DNA of 64,000 bases from positions 2,790,001 to 2,854,000 of the forward strand of contig CM035355.1 in NCBI GenBank assembly GCA_020137815.1. Reading direction: 5' to 3'. The notes under the pieces were generated by a model that did not search any database, was not told where the DNA came from, and saw only the letters and a program-made list of their open reading frames with translations. The translations under genes and the position numbers were made by a program. Below, in pieces: positions 12,890-25,400 of the stretch. Each line of letters begins with the position of its first letter. The first letter of the stretch is position 1. This DNA comes from Hormiphora californensis (Eukaryota; Animalia; Ctenophora).

Positions 12890-13480
12890 TGTTTTAAATT
12901 GTTTATGTTTTTAATATATTTGCAATGTTTACCATTTTATTATCCATATCAGTTTAAGTTATTGGTAAACAAATACAAAGAATAGTGTCGTTGAATAATT
13001 AAAACATGTGTGTAGATAATTATCTGTCTTTCTCTCTGTCTCTCCCTACCCCTCTCTACCTCTCTCTCACCCTCTTACTCGATTTCTATCTCCATACAAA
13101 CATGTTTTAAACTGTGAGTTTGATATCGGATTACTGAAACCTTGGAAATGGTCATGAAATGAGGAAGAAATTATCAAACATGATTTAGACTATAATTGCC
13201 AGTGCTCTGTCTGGATGAAATCTGTCCAAAATGAGGTCTACTTACATTGCGCGCGATATTCATAGGTCTTGCGCGCAATGAAAGTAAGCATTGTTATCGT
13301 TCTAAAAAGACGCGCACCCATGCAAGGTGCCCTAGGCTCAAAAGCCTAATTTGGAACCTATTTTGATCAAATTTTAAACTGTATCTTGTGAACACATGAA
13401 TTTAAAACACTAAGGTTTTTATTAGACTCAAATCCGATCTATCAATCAGAAATGAGAGGCATTTGTCCGTTTAACTGGCA
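12890..13480 (+). repeat. Dispersed repeat, diverged copy of 44790-45420
   Basis: Collinear shared blocks such as ACCATTTTATTAT, TTGGTAAACAA, CTTGGAAATGGTC..ATGAGGAAGAAATT and TAGACTCAAATCCGAT. Confidence 0.75.
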
Positions 13481-15279
13481 AACAGGGGTTTAATTGGCTT
13501 CAATTAGTCATTTGACCCGGGTACAAATACTTTTTGAAAAATTTTTTTCCACAGATCTGTTCATAAACTGCCCTTCTTCACTCCTGAATAGGTCACAAAA
13601 ACGTGCCTTTTTGGGGGGGTATTTTCCCCACTATCAGAGCCCAGAGGCAGCCATATGCATAATAGCTTACTGGATCTTTTTCGGAGCCAAAGCAGAAGCA
13701 CAATCCTAAATCCTTTTCCAAAACGGGTGCAAAACATTTCTTTAAGTGCCCTTGACTGAGCAGCTGTTATTTCATTTTCTCTCTTCTAGAGTAACTACCT
13801 CTGAATTTTCAGGAGCTCCTCTTGACTGTGTGTAGCCACTACATTTTTAATAATAATAATTAATAATTCATGACATTTAATATACCGCTTAATAGTGTTT
13901 AAAATAAATGGCTTGCTACTGATTCAATCAGATCGATGCTACACCATTTACCACTTTCTAAAGCGGTCCAAGAAAGGGCCAGTGGTAAAGGAGAGCCAAT
14001 AACATATTTTTAACGCTCAGTCAAGATAACATCAACATACTATGTATTAGTAAGAGAATATGCTATGATGATAATTTATAAATTAAGTAAATAAATTAAT
14101 TTGATTGATAGAATTCGATTAAAAAGAGTGCAATCATATTTTTATGGGTTTTCTGATAATTTCTTCCTTTTTACGTCCGAAAAGTGGGTCCTGGACCCAG
14201 AATAGCTTCGCCTCTGGAGGCCGTTACAATTAAACAGTCAAAATTCAAATTTTAAAGCAGGAAATTGCTTGATTTTCACGATTTTCGCAGTTGGTTCCAT
14301 TTTTTGGGCAAAAAAAACCAGACTTAAACAAGAATATTTGCACTATGTATCCATAGTGCTGTATTTCCCCGCCATTGGCATGTGACACTCCTAATTACAT
14401 CCCATCACCCATGACCTAATGAGATTCTGAAAGGTGAGACAGAACAGTGCAGGTGATATGAGCTGCCTAATTAGGCTCCTTTTAATTCTAGTCTATGTGA
14501 TCTCCACTCAACTAACCTCATGTAATCAATGGCAATACCAGAGCGCAATTGTAATGACGAACACATGACGAACGATGAACGTTATGAATTGCAAACAGGA
14601 AGGGGCGCGCGGCGCCGGGCTGCGCGTTCTAATGAAAGTGCGTCATTTCAGCACTGTAATAACTTTGCAGGCGTCGCCTTCGTGGACAATTTGGATTAGA
14701 GCGCATGTGAAGTATTTCAAATGATATTTTGAGCACTCCGCACTGGATGGTTGCTATGGATGGGTTACGTTACAGGACAAAAAAAGCGTGACACTTCACT
14801 AGTATGTAATCTTGTCGAATTCTAAACCCCTATGCCTTTTTGCAAAAGGCATCCGGGTGAATGCCTTCGGCATTCACCGGCCAGCGTTAAAATCTGGGTG
14901 TTTCGTGAGTGCTGACAAACGGTTTTTTAGGGTTAGGGCTAAAGATTACAAGATTACAAGATTACAAGATTAAAATTATATTTATAATGTCAATAAATTA
15001 AATAAATGTAATTATTGACACCCCGCTAATACACTAAACATATTGGTTCACAAGTATTAAAAATAAATATGTCCAACATGCGGACGTTTCCGCCCGTAGC
15101 TACCTCTAGCTGGGTTATCTCGTCTAATTCAAACACTCTTCAATATCACATTGTATGTACAAAAAACAGAATCAATAAACTGTCGTGATAACAAGTGATG
15201 AGTAGCGTGTAGAAGGGATATTGTAGATAGTTTGTAGAATGAGGAATGAGGATGTGCTCGATATGGAGCAGCGCAAGGA

Positions 15280-15875
15280 AAAGGACCCAGGGATCGATGT
15301 GGAGGAGGTAGGAGTAAAGGACCCAGGGATCGATGAGGAGCAAGGTAGGAGTAAAGGACCCAGGGATCGATGTGGAGGAGGTAGGAGTAAAGGACCCAGG
15401 GATCGATGTGGAGCAGGTAGGAGTAGAGGACCCAGGGATCGATGTGGAGCAAGGTAGGGAAAGGAACCAGGAATCGATGTGGAGGAGGTAGGAGTAAAGG
15501 ACCCAGGGATCGATGTGAAGGAGGTTGGGAAAAGACCCAGGGATCGATGTGGAGCAAGGTAGGGAAAGGACCCAGGAATCGATGTGGAGGAGGTAGGAGT
15601 AAAGGACCCAGGGATCGATGTGGAGGAGGTAGGAGTAAAGGACCCAGGGATCGATGTGGAGGAGGTAGAAGTAGAGGACCCAGGGATCGATGTGGAGCAA
15701 GGTAGGGAAAGGACCCAGGAATCGATGTGGAGGAGGTAGGAGTAAAGGACCCAGGGATCGATGTGGAGCAGGTAGGAGTAGAGGACCCAGGGATCGATGT
15801 GGAGGAGGTAGGAGTAAAGGACCCAGGAATCGATGTGGAGGAGGTAGGAGTAGAGGACCCAGGTATCGATGTGAA
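15280..15875. repeat. ~36-bp minisatellite in the LINE 3' UTR
   Basis: Tandem GGACCCAGGGATCGATGTGGAGGAGGTAGGAGTAAA variants. Confidence 0.9.
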
Positions 15876-15989
15876 GGAATACACGAGAAAAATGGAGCCC
15901 AGGAATCAGGAATAGGAGTTGGAGACAGTAGTTACTCAGGAATCCATGTGGATGTACCAAATGTAGGGAAGTGAGGATTATTTTGCCGA

Positions 15990-17594
15990 TCATTGGTTGT
16001 ATGCTCTAAAGAACAAGTGCGTCTTCAGGGATGTTTTAAAAGTAGTAAGGGATTCTGAGTCCCGGATTGATCGTGGTAGCTGATTCCATAATTTAGGTGC
16101 AGCAATACTGAAAGCGCCTCTGGTGTTCTCGTAGTGGTACTCACTCCTCCGCACCTCTTTCAGAGCGGTGACGTCATTATCCACTCGGAGTGATTTCACT
16201 TTCTGGGGCCGCTTCACTAACATCTCAGACATGTATGGAGGGGATTGATCATGAAGAGTCTTGTATACCATCAAGCAAATTTTGTACTCTATTCGCTGTT
16301 TCACAGGCAAGAAGTGTGATTTCATACGAAGTTTTGTTACACCGCGTTTTCCTCTTTTCCCATAAATGTATCGTGTCGCACTGTTCTGAACTTTCTGTAG
16401 ACGTTTCAGGTCAGAATCCTTTAATGAAACCAAAAGAGAGTTGCAATAATCGATACGGCTATGAATAAGGGTTGAAACCAGCTTAGTTTTCTGTGCCTTA
16501 CTCAATTTTCCGGCTATTCTCCACATCTGTACCAGTTGTAGATTGCAAGCTTTGACAACTTTAGTAACGTGATCGGCCATTGATAATGTGCTGTCAAACA
16601 TTACGCCCAAGTTTCTCGCTCTTGGGGCGACTTCTGTTTCGCCATCTTCTGGATTGATCAATATGTTCTCAATATCAGGTGATTTACTCCATTTGTTTTT
16701 CAGGATGAGAACTTCCGTTTTCTCTGGGTTGAGCTTCAGCATACTATGAGCCATCCACAATTTTATGTGTGCCATGCATTTCTGTAGTCTTTCGGTCACC
16801 TCACCGATCGATTCTGGTGAGAATGAAACATATATCTGACTATCATCAGCATACATATGTAGGGTTAGGTCGTATAATGCAGCAATCTTTTCCAGGTCCT
16901 TCATATATAGGATGAACAACAACGGGCCAAGAATAGACCCTTGGGGCACTCCGATTTCAATAGGTTTCGAACTGGACTCCGTCGATCCGATCTTAACCTT
17001 CGCAAAGCGTCCTGACAGGTAGGATTTGATCCATTTCAGAACACTACCTCCAATTCGATATTCATTCTCAAGTCGTCGTAACAGTTCTGAATGCGAGATG
17101 GTGTCGAACGCGGCCGAGAGGTCCAATAACACAAGAATCACCTGAGATTTGCTGTCAATCTGCAAGAGGATGTCATTGACAATTTTCACGGTCGCCGTTT
17201 CGCAAGAATGTTTCGTTCTATAGGCGGACTGGAATTTAGCGAAAAGATCATGTTTTTCAAGATGGTCAATCAGCTGCTCAGCTACACATTTCTCTACTAC
17301 CTTTGATAAAAATGATAAGTTGGAAATAGGTCTGTAGCTTTTCAATTGATCCGGATCCAAAGACGCATTTTTGTGAGCAGGTCTTATTACAGCTGTTTTC
17401 AAGTTATCAGGCACTTCTCCTTGGGACAGACTGGAGTTGACAATCTTCGAGATTATTGGTAGGAGATGAGGTAAGGCACCTGTGAGTAGAGAGGTCGGTA
17501 TAGGGTCAAGGGAACAATGTTTTTGGTTCATTCTTCGGATGGTAGATACAAGTTGTTCATCCGATACCGGTTTAAACGATGCAAGGACAGGCAC
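15990..17594 (-). CDS. LINE ORF2 fragment (reverse transcriptase and C-terminal region; endonuclease missing)
   Basis: Motifs YRPISNLSFLSKVVEK, FQSAYR, LLDLSAAFDT, GVPQGSILGPLLF, YADD, SRIDYCNSLL and the terminal FKTSLKTHLF. Confidence 0.95.
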   Translation of the reverse strand: MPVLASFKPVSDEQLVSTIRRMNQKHCSLDPIPTSLLTGALPHLLPIISKIVNSSLSQGEVPDNLKTAVIRPAHKNASLDPDQLKSYRPISNLSFLSKVVEKCVAEQLIDHLEKHDLFAKFQSAYRTKHSCETATVKIVNDILLQIDSKSQVILVLLDLSAAFDTISHSELLRRLENEYRIGGSVLKWIKSYLSGRFAKVKIGSTESSSKPIEIGVPQGSILGPLLFILYMKDLEKIAALYDLTLHMYADDSQIYVSFSPESIGEVTERLQKCMAHIKLWMAHSMLKLNPEKTEVLILKNKWSKSPDIENILINPEDGETEVAPRARNLGVMFDSTLSMADHVTKVVKACNLQLVQMWRIAGKLSKAQKTKLVSTLIHSRIDYCNSLLVSLKDSDLKRLQKVQNSATRYIYGKRGKRGVTKLRMKSHFLPVKQRIEYKICLMVYKTLHDQSPPYMSEMLVKRPQKVKSLRVDNDVTALKEVRRSEYHYENTRGAFSIAAPKLWNQLPRSIRDSESLTTFKTSLKTHLFFRAYNQ

Positions 17595-18529
17595 TGATGT
17601 TGGTGTTCTCGTAAAGTGGGGTTAGGGCTGGGGTTTGGGTTGGGGTTAGGCCTTGAGATTTCCTACCAGATAAACTTTGAATTAGCCAAAACGGTTGAGT
17701 GGTTTGGCGGTTAGAGTCATTTTAGTGAATCAACTTTTTTGGCAGCGCGCACCTGTAAACAGGCCACCAAACACCCAGATCGTAACGGCGCCCGCATTCA
17801 CCCTTGGCAAACGTTGCTGGCCCCCGATAGGGGCCAGTAGTCTATCACGCGCACCCTTGCCCAAATCCCCTTGTCAGCGCGGATTACTGACGGCGCGCGC
17901 AGGATTCATTTCACCATTAAACCTATCCCGCGCGCTACACAAAGCATGTTCGTGAACTGAGACAGAGTCCCATTTTGTGACAATCACATAATTAGGCGAG
18001 CGATCCCTAAACCTTGTATCTTTGACCTTGAATCAAAGACGAGGGGCGTTTGAATCCCCCACCATGCCGGAAATAAATTGATACAAATTGTTTTTAGTGG
18101 TCAATAAAACAAAGCAACAAAATAACACATGAGATGTAATTTGTAAATAACATTTTATCCTGACTGCCAGCAATTGGGAAGTGGCATAATCAACCCCTAC
18201 TCCTTTCTTTAGCCCACAGAGATTTATAAAATATCACCGGGATATCACAAATATCACCAAAGATAGTCTATCATATCAGCAGTATCAACACTATTGTTCA
18301 TCTATTTATTTGACGACAACCCGATGTATACCGAAACGAATGCGGCATTTAACTGCAATCTGTCGCAGGTTCGGATCGTAACCAATCATTAAACTGGGAC
18401 CAGGGACCTGAGAGGTGGAGAGAGATGAGATCACAAAATACCCTAGCTACTGTGGTATCCAGATTACAACGTGACAAACAGAACACTCGGCAGAGAATAT
18501 GGGGCGAGGTTTGGAAGATAATACAGGGT

Positions 18530-18850
18530 GCTGGGTGGGGTTCGGGAGAGAATACAGGGTGGGGTTCGGGAGAGAAGACAGGATGAGGTTTGGGAGAGAA
18601 GACAGGATGAGGTTTGGGAAAGAAGACAGGGTGAGGTTTGGGAGAGAAGACGTAGTGACGTTTGGAAGAGATGACAGGGCAGGGTGAGGTTTTTGAGAGA
18701 AGACATGGTGAGGTTTGGGAGAGAAGACAGGGTGATGTTTGGGAGAGAAGACAGGGTGACTTTTGGGAGAGAAGACAGGGTGAGGTTTGGGAGAGATGAC
18801 AGGGTGAGGTTTGATACTTTGGAGATAAGACAGGACGAGGTTCGGGAGAT
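18530..18850. repeat. 24-bp tandem repeat
   Basis: GGGAGAGAAGACAGGGTGAGGTTT variants in tandem. Confidence 0.9.
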
Positions 18851-19559
18851 GTCTTAGATTATGACTAGATTTAAAGGATGTAATGAGGAAATGAAGAAGG
18901 AGAGGATTGAATAAGATGAATGGGAAGATGAAGGAGATAAATATAAATGAAAATTGCGAACATGTACCATACTGCGGGCTACCAAACTAAGTAACTAACC
19001 CCAAGGAAACAACTCGCTTGCGTAGCGTGCCAAAACGAAGCCCGCAAAGCGGGCTGAGTTGTAAGTCTCTAGAGAGGTGACGGCGCCACCAACTTAGCAG
19101 GGACCTCGCACTCTCGCAGTGGAAGTTTATCTGCTAGTACTCGCCGCAAGAACATGTCTCGTAGCCACTTTTACTTCTTTCTAACCGACAGAAAAGAGGA
19201 AGATGGAGAGGGGGATGAAGGGGCAGAGGAAGATTTAAAAGGGGAGGTTGAAGGTGTAGGGAATGAAGGGGCAGAGGACGATAAAGGGGAGATGAAGCGG
19301 GAGATGGAGGGGGAGACAGAGGTTGAGATAGAGGGGGAGATGGATGAGTACAGGACGGGCACGAAGCAGGACCGGAGGAATGAATAGAAGGAGGAAATGA
19401 CGAAGGAGAACGAAGGGAACAAATGAAGAAAGAGAGGTAGATGAGGGTGTGGGTTAGATGAAGGGGTTGGCTCCATTGCAACCTATTCTCGCTCCTGAGA
19501 TCGATCTCAGTCGCGCGCGACGTCGATCTCACTCAGGTATCAATGTGGCCAAATGAAGG

Positions 19560-21290
19560 GGTGGATCATAGTGCATACACATGAATGAGTAGAGGAAGAA
19601 GGAGAGATGGAAAAAGGGGGAGATGGAGGGGGATTTGAGGGGAGGAATAGCAGGCCAAGGGGAAATGAATGTAGAAGGATGTGACGGAGGGGCTGGTATA
19701 CAGTATGGGTAGATTATGTGGGTGTGGTGGAGCGGGGGTTGTATGGTAGAAGGGGAAAACTGTTTGGAATAAGGGAGGCTGACTTACTGCGAAAAGAAGC
19801 AGATGGATATGGAGCGGAGATGGTTTAGAGAGAAAAGGCCATATATGCATAACCGAGAGTGCCCCAGGGCTTTTCTTCACTTCAGTAATCAGTAATAGTG
19901 TCCACATGATGAATTCGAGTCACTGGAAGTTACTTTTAGATTGATAAATGTACCACCAATCCAGAGTATCAAACTTTCAGCCGTTCTATCGGAATCCTGG
20001 GAGAGGTAAAGAAGGTTTAGTACAAATGAGAGAGACTAAATTGATACACACTTTACTCGATCTTATAGTGGATACGGACGGGATATGGAGGAGAGGGGGA
20101 AATGGAGGAGAGGATAAAAGGGGAATGAAGGAGGAGATGGGGGATGAAGTGGGAAATGAATGGGTTTCTACTATCTAGAAAGCGTGGACGAAGGAGGGCG
20201 AAGGTCGAAGGGGGGGGGGGTAAAGTGGTAGGATAAAAGGGGGAATGAAGGAACGGATGGAGAGGGAGATGAAGGGGGAATGAATGAGTAGAGGAAGAAG
20301 GATAGAAGGAAAAAGGGGGAGATGGAGGGGGATTGAGGGGAGGAATAAAGGCCAAGGGGGCTATGAATGTAGAAGGATGTGACGGAGGGACGGGTATAAA
20401 GTATGGGTACTGGGTAGATTATGTGGGTGTGGGGGAGCGGGGGTTGTATCATGGTAGAAGGGGAAAACTGTTTAGAATAAGGCTGACTTACTGCGAAAAG
20501 AAGCAGATGGATATGGAGCGGAGATGGTTCAGATAGAGAAACAGCCCTCACCGAGAGTGCCCCAGGGCTTGTCTTCACTTCAGTAATCAGTAATAGTGTC
20601 CACATGATGAATTCGAGTCACTGGAAGTTACTTTTAGATTGATAAATGCACCACCAATTCAGAGTATCAAACTTTCAGCCGTTCTATCGGAATCCTGGGA
20701 GAGGTAAACAAGGGTTAGTACAAATGAGAGACTAAATTGATACTACACACTCGATCTTAGCAGGGGAGTCAGACGGGGGAGTCTACACTTTAGACTCCGA
20801 GGAAGATGAAGGAGAGGAAGATGAATGGGGATAGTAGATATGGACAAGAATCAAGATATGGAGGAGAGGAATATTAAAGGGAGGGTCATGGTCAAGGGGA
20901 GGGTGAAGAGGAGTAGAGATAGAGAGGGGTATAATGAAGGAGGAAAGACCGTCCCTCTCTTTCGCTTTTTTGTGTGGGTAGATTATGAGGGTGGGGAGCC
21001 GGGAGGTTGTATGGCAAGAGGGGAGGATGTTTTGGAATCTCACTTACTTTAGCGAAAAGAGGCAGATTGATACGGAATGGAGATCCGAGATGGTTCAGAT
21101 AGAGAGAGCCCTCACCGAGAGTTCCCCAGGGCTTACCGCTTATTCTTCATTTATTTCAGTAATCAGTACTAGTATCTACATGATCAGTGATGCATCACCG
21201 GGAGTTGCTTTTATATTGATGAATACACCATCAATTTACAGTGTCACATTTTCAGCCGTTCTATCTGATTCCTGGGGGATAAGGGTTTTT
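19560..21290 (-). pseudogene. Triplicated ~0.6-0.7-kb cassette with exon-like blocks; decayed gene or lncRNA
   Basis: The block TTCAGTAATCAGTA...TTTCAGCCGTTCTATC..TCCTGGG occurs near 19880, 20580 and 21155. Minus-strand CCCAG acceptors and GTAAGT/GTGAGG donors are kept, but the frames contain stops. Confidence 0.45.
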
Positions 21291-22443
21291 AAAAACAATA
21301 GACTTTGGACTCATCGCAGTTGCACCTCTGGGGACATCTTCCAAAGACGTCCCACCGCAAGAGACGAAATATACTGCCGGAAAAGTGACTCAGTGACAAC
21401 TCAGACACACTTTCTTGGTGTAGCTTGACCTCCCGGTTGGTGCATTTGTCCTAAAACTCACCGTAGAACTTGATTAAGCTAAATATTAACGGATTGGAGC
21501 ATATCCTTATTAGGTAAGGCAATTTATAGGTCTTTGCCCTCATGAAGTACATAACACGGAAGGAAGTAAGTACTCTATTCAAATCAACTCATAACAATTT
21601 TCTTTGGGTTTTCCATAACTGAGAGTCGGCCATATTGGATTTGGGTCGAACCAGTGGAAATCGAATGATATTTTTTCCAGAACCATTTGAAATTGGTGCG
21701 CGGCTCACTTTAACACATGCGCGTTAGCAATATTAAATAGTGTGCGCGGCTTTATATTTGCGCGTGCAAAAGTGATCGATTTCCAAAATTGAAAAGAGAG
21801 TCATCAAATTCATGTCAAATGCTACCAATTCCCAAAATTTGGTGATTATAGGACCTCCGGAACATGGTCAAAATGACTTGGGACAGGATCCTGTACATGC
21901 GCGGTGTTCCCTCCTTATCCCTGTTCTGCGCCACGCGCAGCGCGGGATAAGGCAGCGCTTTTCAACATTCACCCGGGCGGGGATTGGGGAAAAAATGCTA
22001 GAATTTTACGCGCGCATGATTTCTTTCCAGTTACCGCGCGGCACACGAGATTTAATTATCTGTAGATTTTTCGCGCCTTACTGCAGCAAAACCAAAGTGA
22101 CAACAAAATATTTTAGTAGGTAAAACAGAACTGAGAAACAGTCAAACACAACAAGTAAAAGACATCCAAGGGTCTAAATTAACTTAAAAAACTTGGGAAC
22201 AGAAAGAGGTGGACAACATTTCAATTAATAACAATGCCCCAAAACAATAAAAATCAAAACTACGTCAGCCTTATATTCTTATAATGTCACTGTCCTTAGG
22301 CGCCATATTTGCTAAAAGTAAACTTAACTGGACGGAGAGTGTGCATCATGCTACACTCAGACAACTAATTAACTGGAAGACTGAATTTATTACCGTTTTG
22401 CTCGGCGCTCGACTGCAAAAGCGGAAAACCTAAATCTTTACTT

Positions 22444-25400
22444 TCAAAATTTCCTCTGATACTGATACCGTAACTCTTGAGAGTTAGGTGCTCGTGTCCT
22501 AGACAATCGTCTCACGTTTCTATCCTGACCGGAGTCTCTGCTCTCGCTGGAGCGAGTAAGGCTCACTCCTCCGAAACTAAACAGTGGCGATTGTATACTG
22601 ATCCCTGGTGTCGACATGACCCCAAAATTATCCAGTCTATTCATCCGATGTAGGTGGACAGCTGCTATACTGGCGTGATCCAGTTTCCCTGGAATGGATT
22701 TCACAAAACCACGATGACATCTGTTTAGTTGGGACATCTCTGTTTCAGAAAGGGAATCACATCTGCTTCTGTACCTGCTGAGCATCATCCGTTTCTTCTC
22801 CGTAGATAGAACTGAGGAGGAGGGGTAGGTAATGTATCTATCGAGAGATGAAAGAATCAACTGCACGAGGGAGGCATGTAGAAAAGGAGAGAGAAACAGG
22901 GAGAGAGATAGAGAGAGCGGGAGACACTGTCAGACAGCGGGAGATTTGTGTGTACTACTACTTACAGACCATACGTAGAATTGACATGCAGATATCGTAC
23001 AGCATCACTTCATCGTGGTAGTAACTGTTCAGTGTCTGTAAATAAGAGCATTGAAGATCATCACTGCACTGGCAAGTGCCCCGGGGCCCATCCACCCCCC
23101 CCCCCCTTTCCTAGAAAGAAAGAAAAATGCGAGGGGCCGATAGGCCCCGAAGCTAGAGAGAGAGAATGAGTGTGTTTGAAGTAGGTACACTAGGGGAAAG
23201 AAGCCTCTAAAGTGCACACTCTCCCTTTCACTTCTACAGTGCAGTACCATACGAACGCGACGAGACCGGATTTCAGGATCAAATTACACAAGCATGCAGT
23301 TGAACTAGAGTTTTGAAACTTGGTATCCAGCCTTCCTTTTACTATCACTGCTGGAATCCAAAGTTACAGACTGATTGGATCTAAGATACCGAAACGGTAG
23401 TGGTGTCAAATCCGGGTATAAAAGTGTCGTCGATAGATCTATGGGGGGGGGTGACACGTAACACTTTGTAACACTTTGTAACATGTGCAGAAAACTTTTT
23501 GTGCACGTTACATGTTACAAAGTGTTACAAAGTGTTACATAGTGTTACAAAGTGTTACATAGTGTTACAAAGTGTTACATAGTGTTACAAAGTGTTACAA
23601 AGTGTTACATAGTGTTACAAAGTGTTACATAGTGTTACAAAGTGTTACAAATTGTTACAAATTGTTACAAAATATTTACAAAAACACAAGGATTTGTAGC
23701 GAAGCAAATTTTCAATCTTTGCCCAAAAAATTGATTTTGGAAAAGTTTTATTTCTTTTTCCAACAGAAACGTTGTATATCATCTTATTAAGTACAAAGAA
23801 TCGATTACCAATGAAAAAAAAGTCGATTGGGTCACAACTCACAGGTGACTCAGCACATTGGGGGCCTCTGAGAGGCACAATACTTTTAATATCACTCTAA
23901 AAACTTTACCGTTGTCTAAAGTTCATATTTTTCTTTACCAAATGCACTATTTCAGCCCTGATTTCCACAGTCGATGCCATCAGAGGCTCAAAACATCCGC
24001 AAATTAGTAAAAAAGTGTATTTTTTAACCCTAGAAATGATTTAAAACTTTTAGATGTGTTCTAGAAAGACACCAAAGTCGTTCAAATTACTTATTCACCA
24101 ACCGTCTTATATATTTTGTAAATATTTTGTAACAATTTGTAACACTTTGTAACAATTTGTAACACTTTGTGACACTATGTAACACTTTGTGACACTTTGT
24201 AACACTATGTAACACTTTGTAACACTATGTAACACTTTGTAACACTATGTAACACTTTGTAACACTATGTAACACTTTGTAACACTATGTAACACTTTGT
24301 AACACTATGTAACACTTTGTAACACTATGTAACACTTTGTAACACTATGTAACACTATGTAACACTTTGTAACACTATGTAACACTTTGTAACACTATGT
24401 AACACTTTGTAACATGTGCAGAAAACTTTTTGTGCACGTTACATGTTACAAAGTGTTACAAAGTGTTACGTGTCACCCCCCCCATCTATATATACACGAC
24501 CCAAATCCCGGGAGCTTAGCTCTTGAAAACGGTAAAAGCTTCGAAGTTGAAATTTTGTGGAGTCATAGTTCTTGATAGGGTGCGTGTAGTAGGATATTTT
24601 TCGAGTCATAAATCCTTAATTAAGACCTAATTATGCCCTAATTAAATATGCATTTCCCACCTATCTCCGGACTGGGTGGTCGGAGAGACTTCTTTTATAG
24701 CTTATCCGAACCGGAAACGTCGATTTATGGGGGGTCGTTCCCCGAACAAAAAGTCGTATCTCGCACCCTTCTGGATTTATTCACATATTTATGATTTTAT
24801 GTATATCTTGAATATCTTTTAACCGGTTGATGTTAGGGACATGAAACATGTCTAATTCGACGTAGAATGGTCGATTTATGGGGGGTCGTTCCCCGAACAA
24901 AAAGCCGTATCTCGCACCCTTCTTAAGTTATGCACATATTTATGATTTAATACAATCATTCGCTGAATGGCTGATACTAGAAACTTTGAATTGGTGTTTG
25001 ACGTAAAAAGATCGAAGTATATGCAGCAGATTTACCAAAAAAAAGAAACATCATACCAAAAAGAAGAGAAACTAGTACCAAAAACCAATCAAATTGGTTT
25101 GGATGACCCGGGGCCCAAAGGCGTCGGGATGCAAAATGTTGGTAGGATAAAACATTACTTTTGTAGGAAAATCTAAAAAAGCGTCAAGAAAAACACTATT
25201 GTAGCTGGTGAAGGTCGCATCTCGACGCCTTTGGGCCCCGGGTCATCCAAACCAATTTGATTGGTTTTTGGTACTAGTATAATAACCTCTTCTACAATTA
25301 ATTATAGTCCGCTCTAGGGATCGTCAAGTCCAACAGAAGATGGGACGTTTTAGCAAGACCTTTTTATAAGTAGGTGTGGTTTTGTAGCTGACCTGTTCGA

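Larger units (their letters stand above)
14945..17611 (-). mobile_element. 5'-truncated non-LTR retrotransposon (L2/Crack/CR1 group)
   Basis: Intact reverse transcriptase frame, ~1-kb 3' UTR, short tandem tail (AATCTTGT)n at 14941-14971, and 5-bp TSD TAAAG at 14940-14944 and 17612-17616. Confidence 0.9.
14855..17803. mobile_element. Short dispersed element with TTAGGG-like tract, interrupted by the LINE
   Basis: Shares CGTTAAAATCT..TGTTT, TTTAGGGTTAGGGCTAAAG and CAGATCGTAACGGCGCCC with 46370-48783. Possible short TIR GGGTGAATGC / GCATTCACCC. Confidence 0.55.

Noticed and set aside
15280-15875. CRISPR-like 36-bp repeats
   Set aside because: Units are contiguous with no unique spacers, no cas genes are present, and the context is eukaryotic.
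15172-15993. 273-aa ORF starting at an ATGA overlap with the LINE stop
   Set aside because: Its length comes from the minisatellite, and all three frames are open there.
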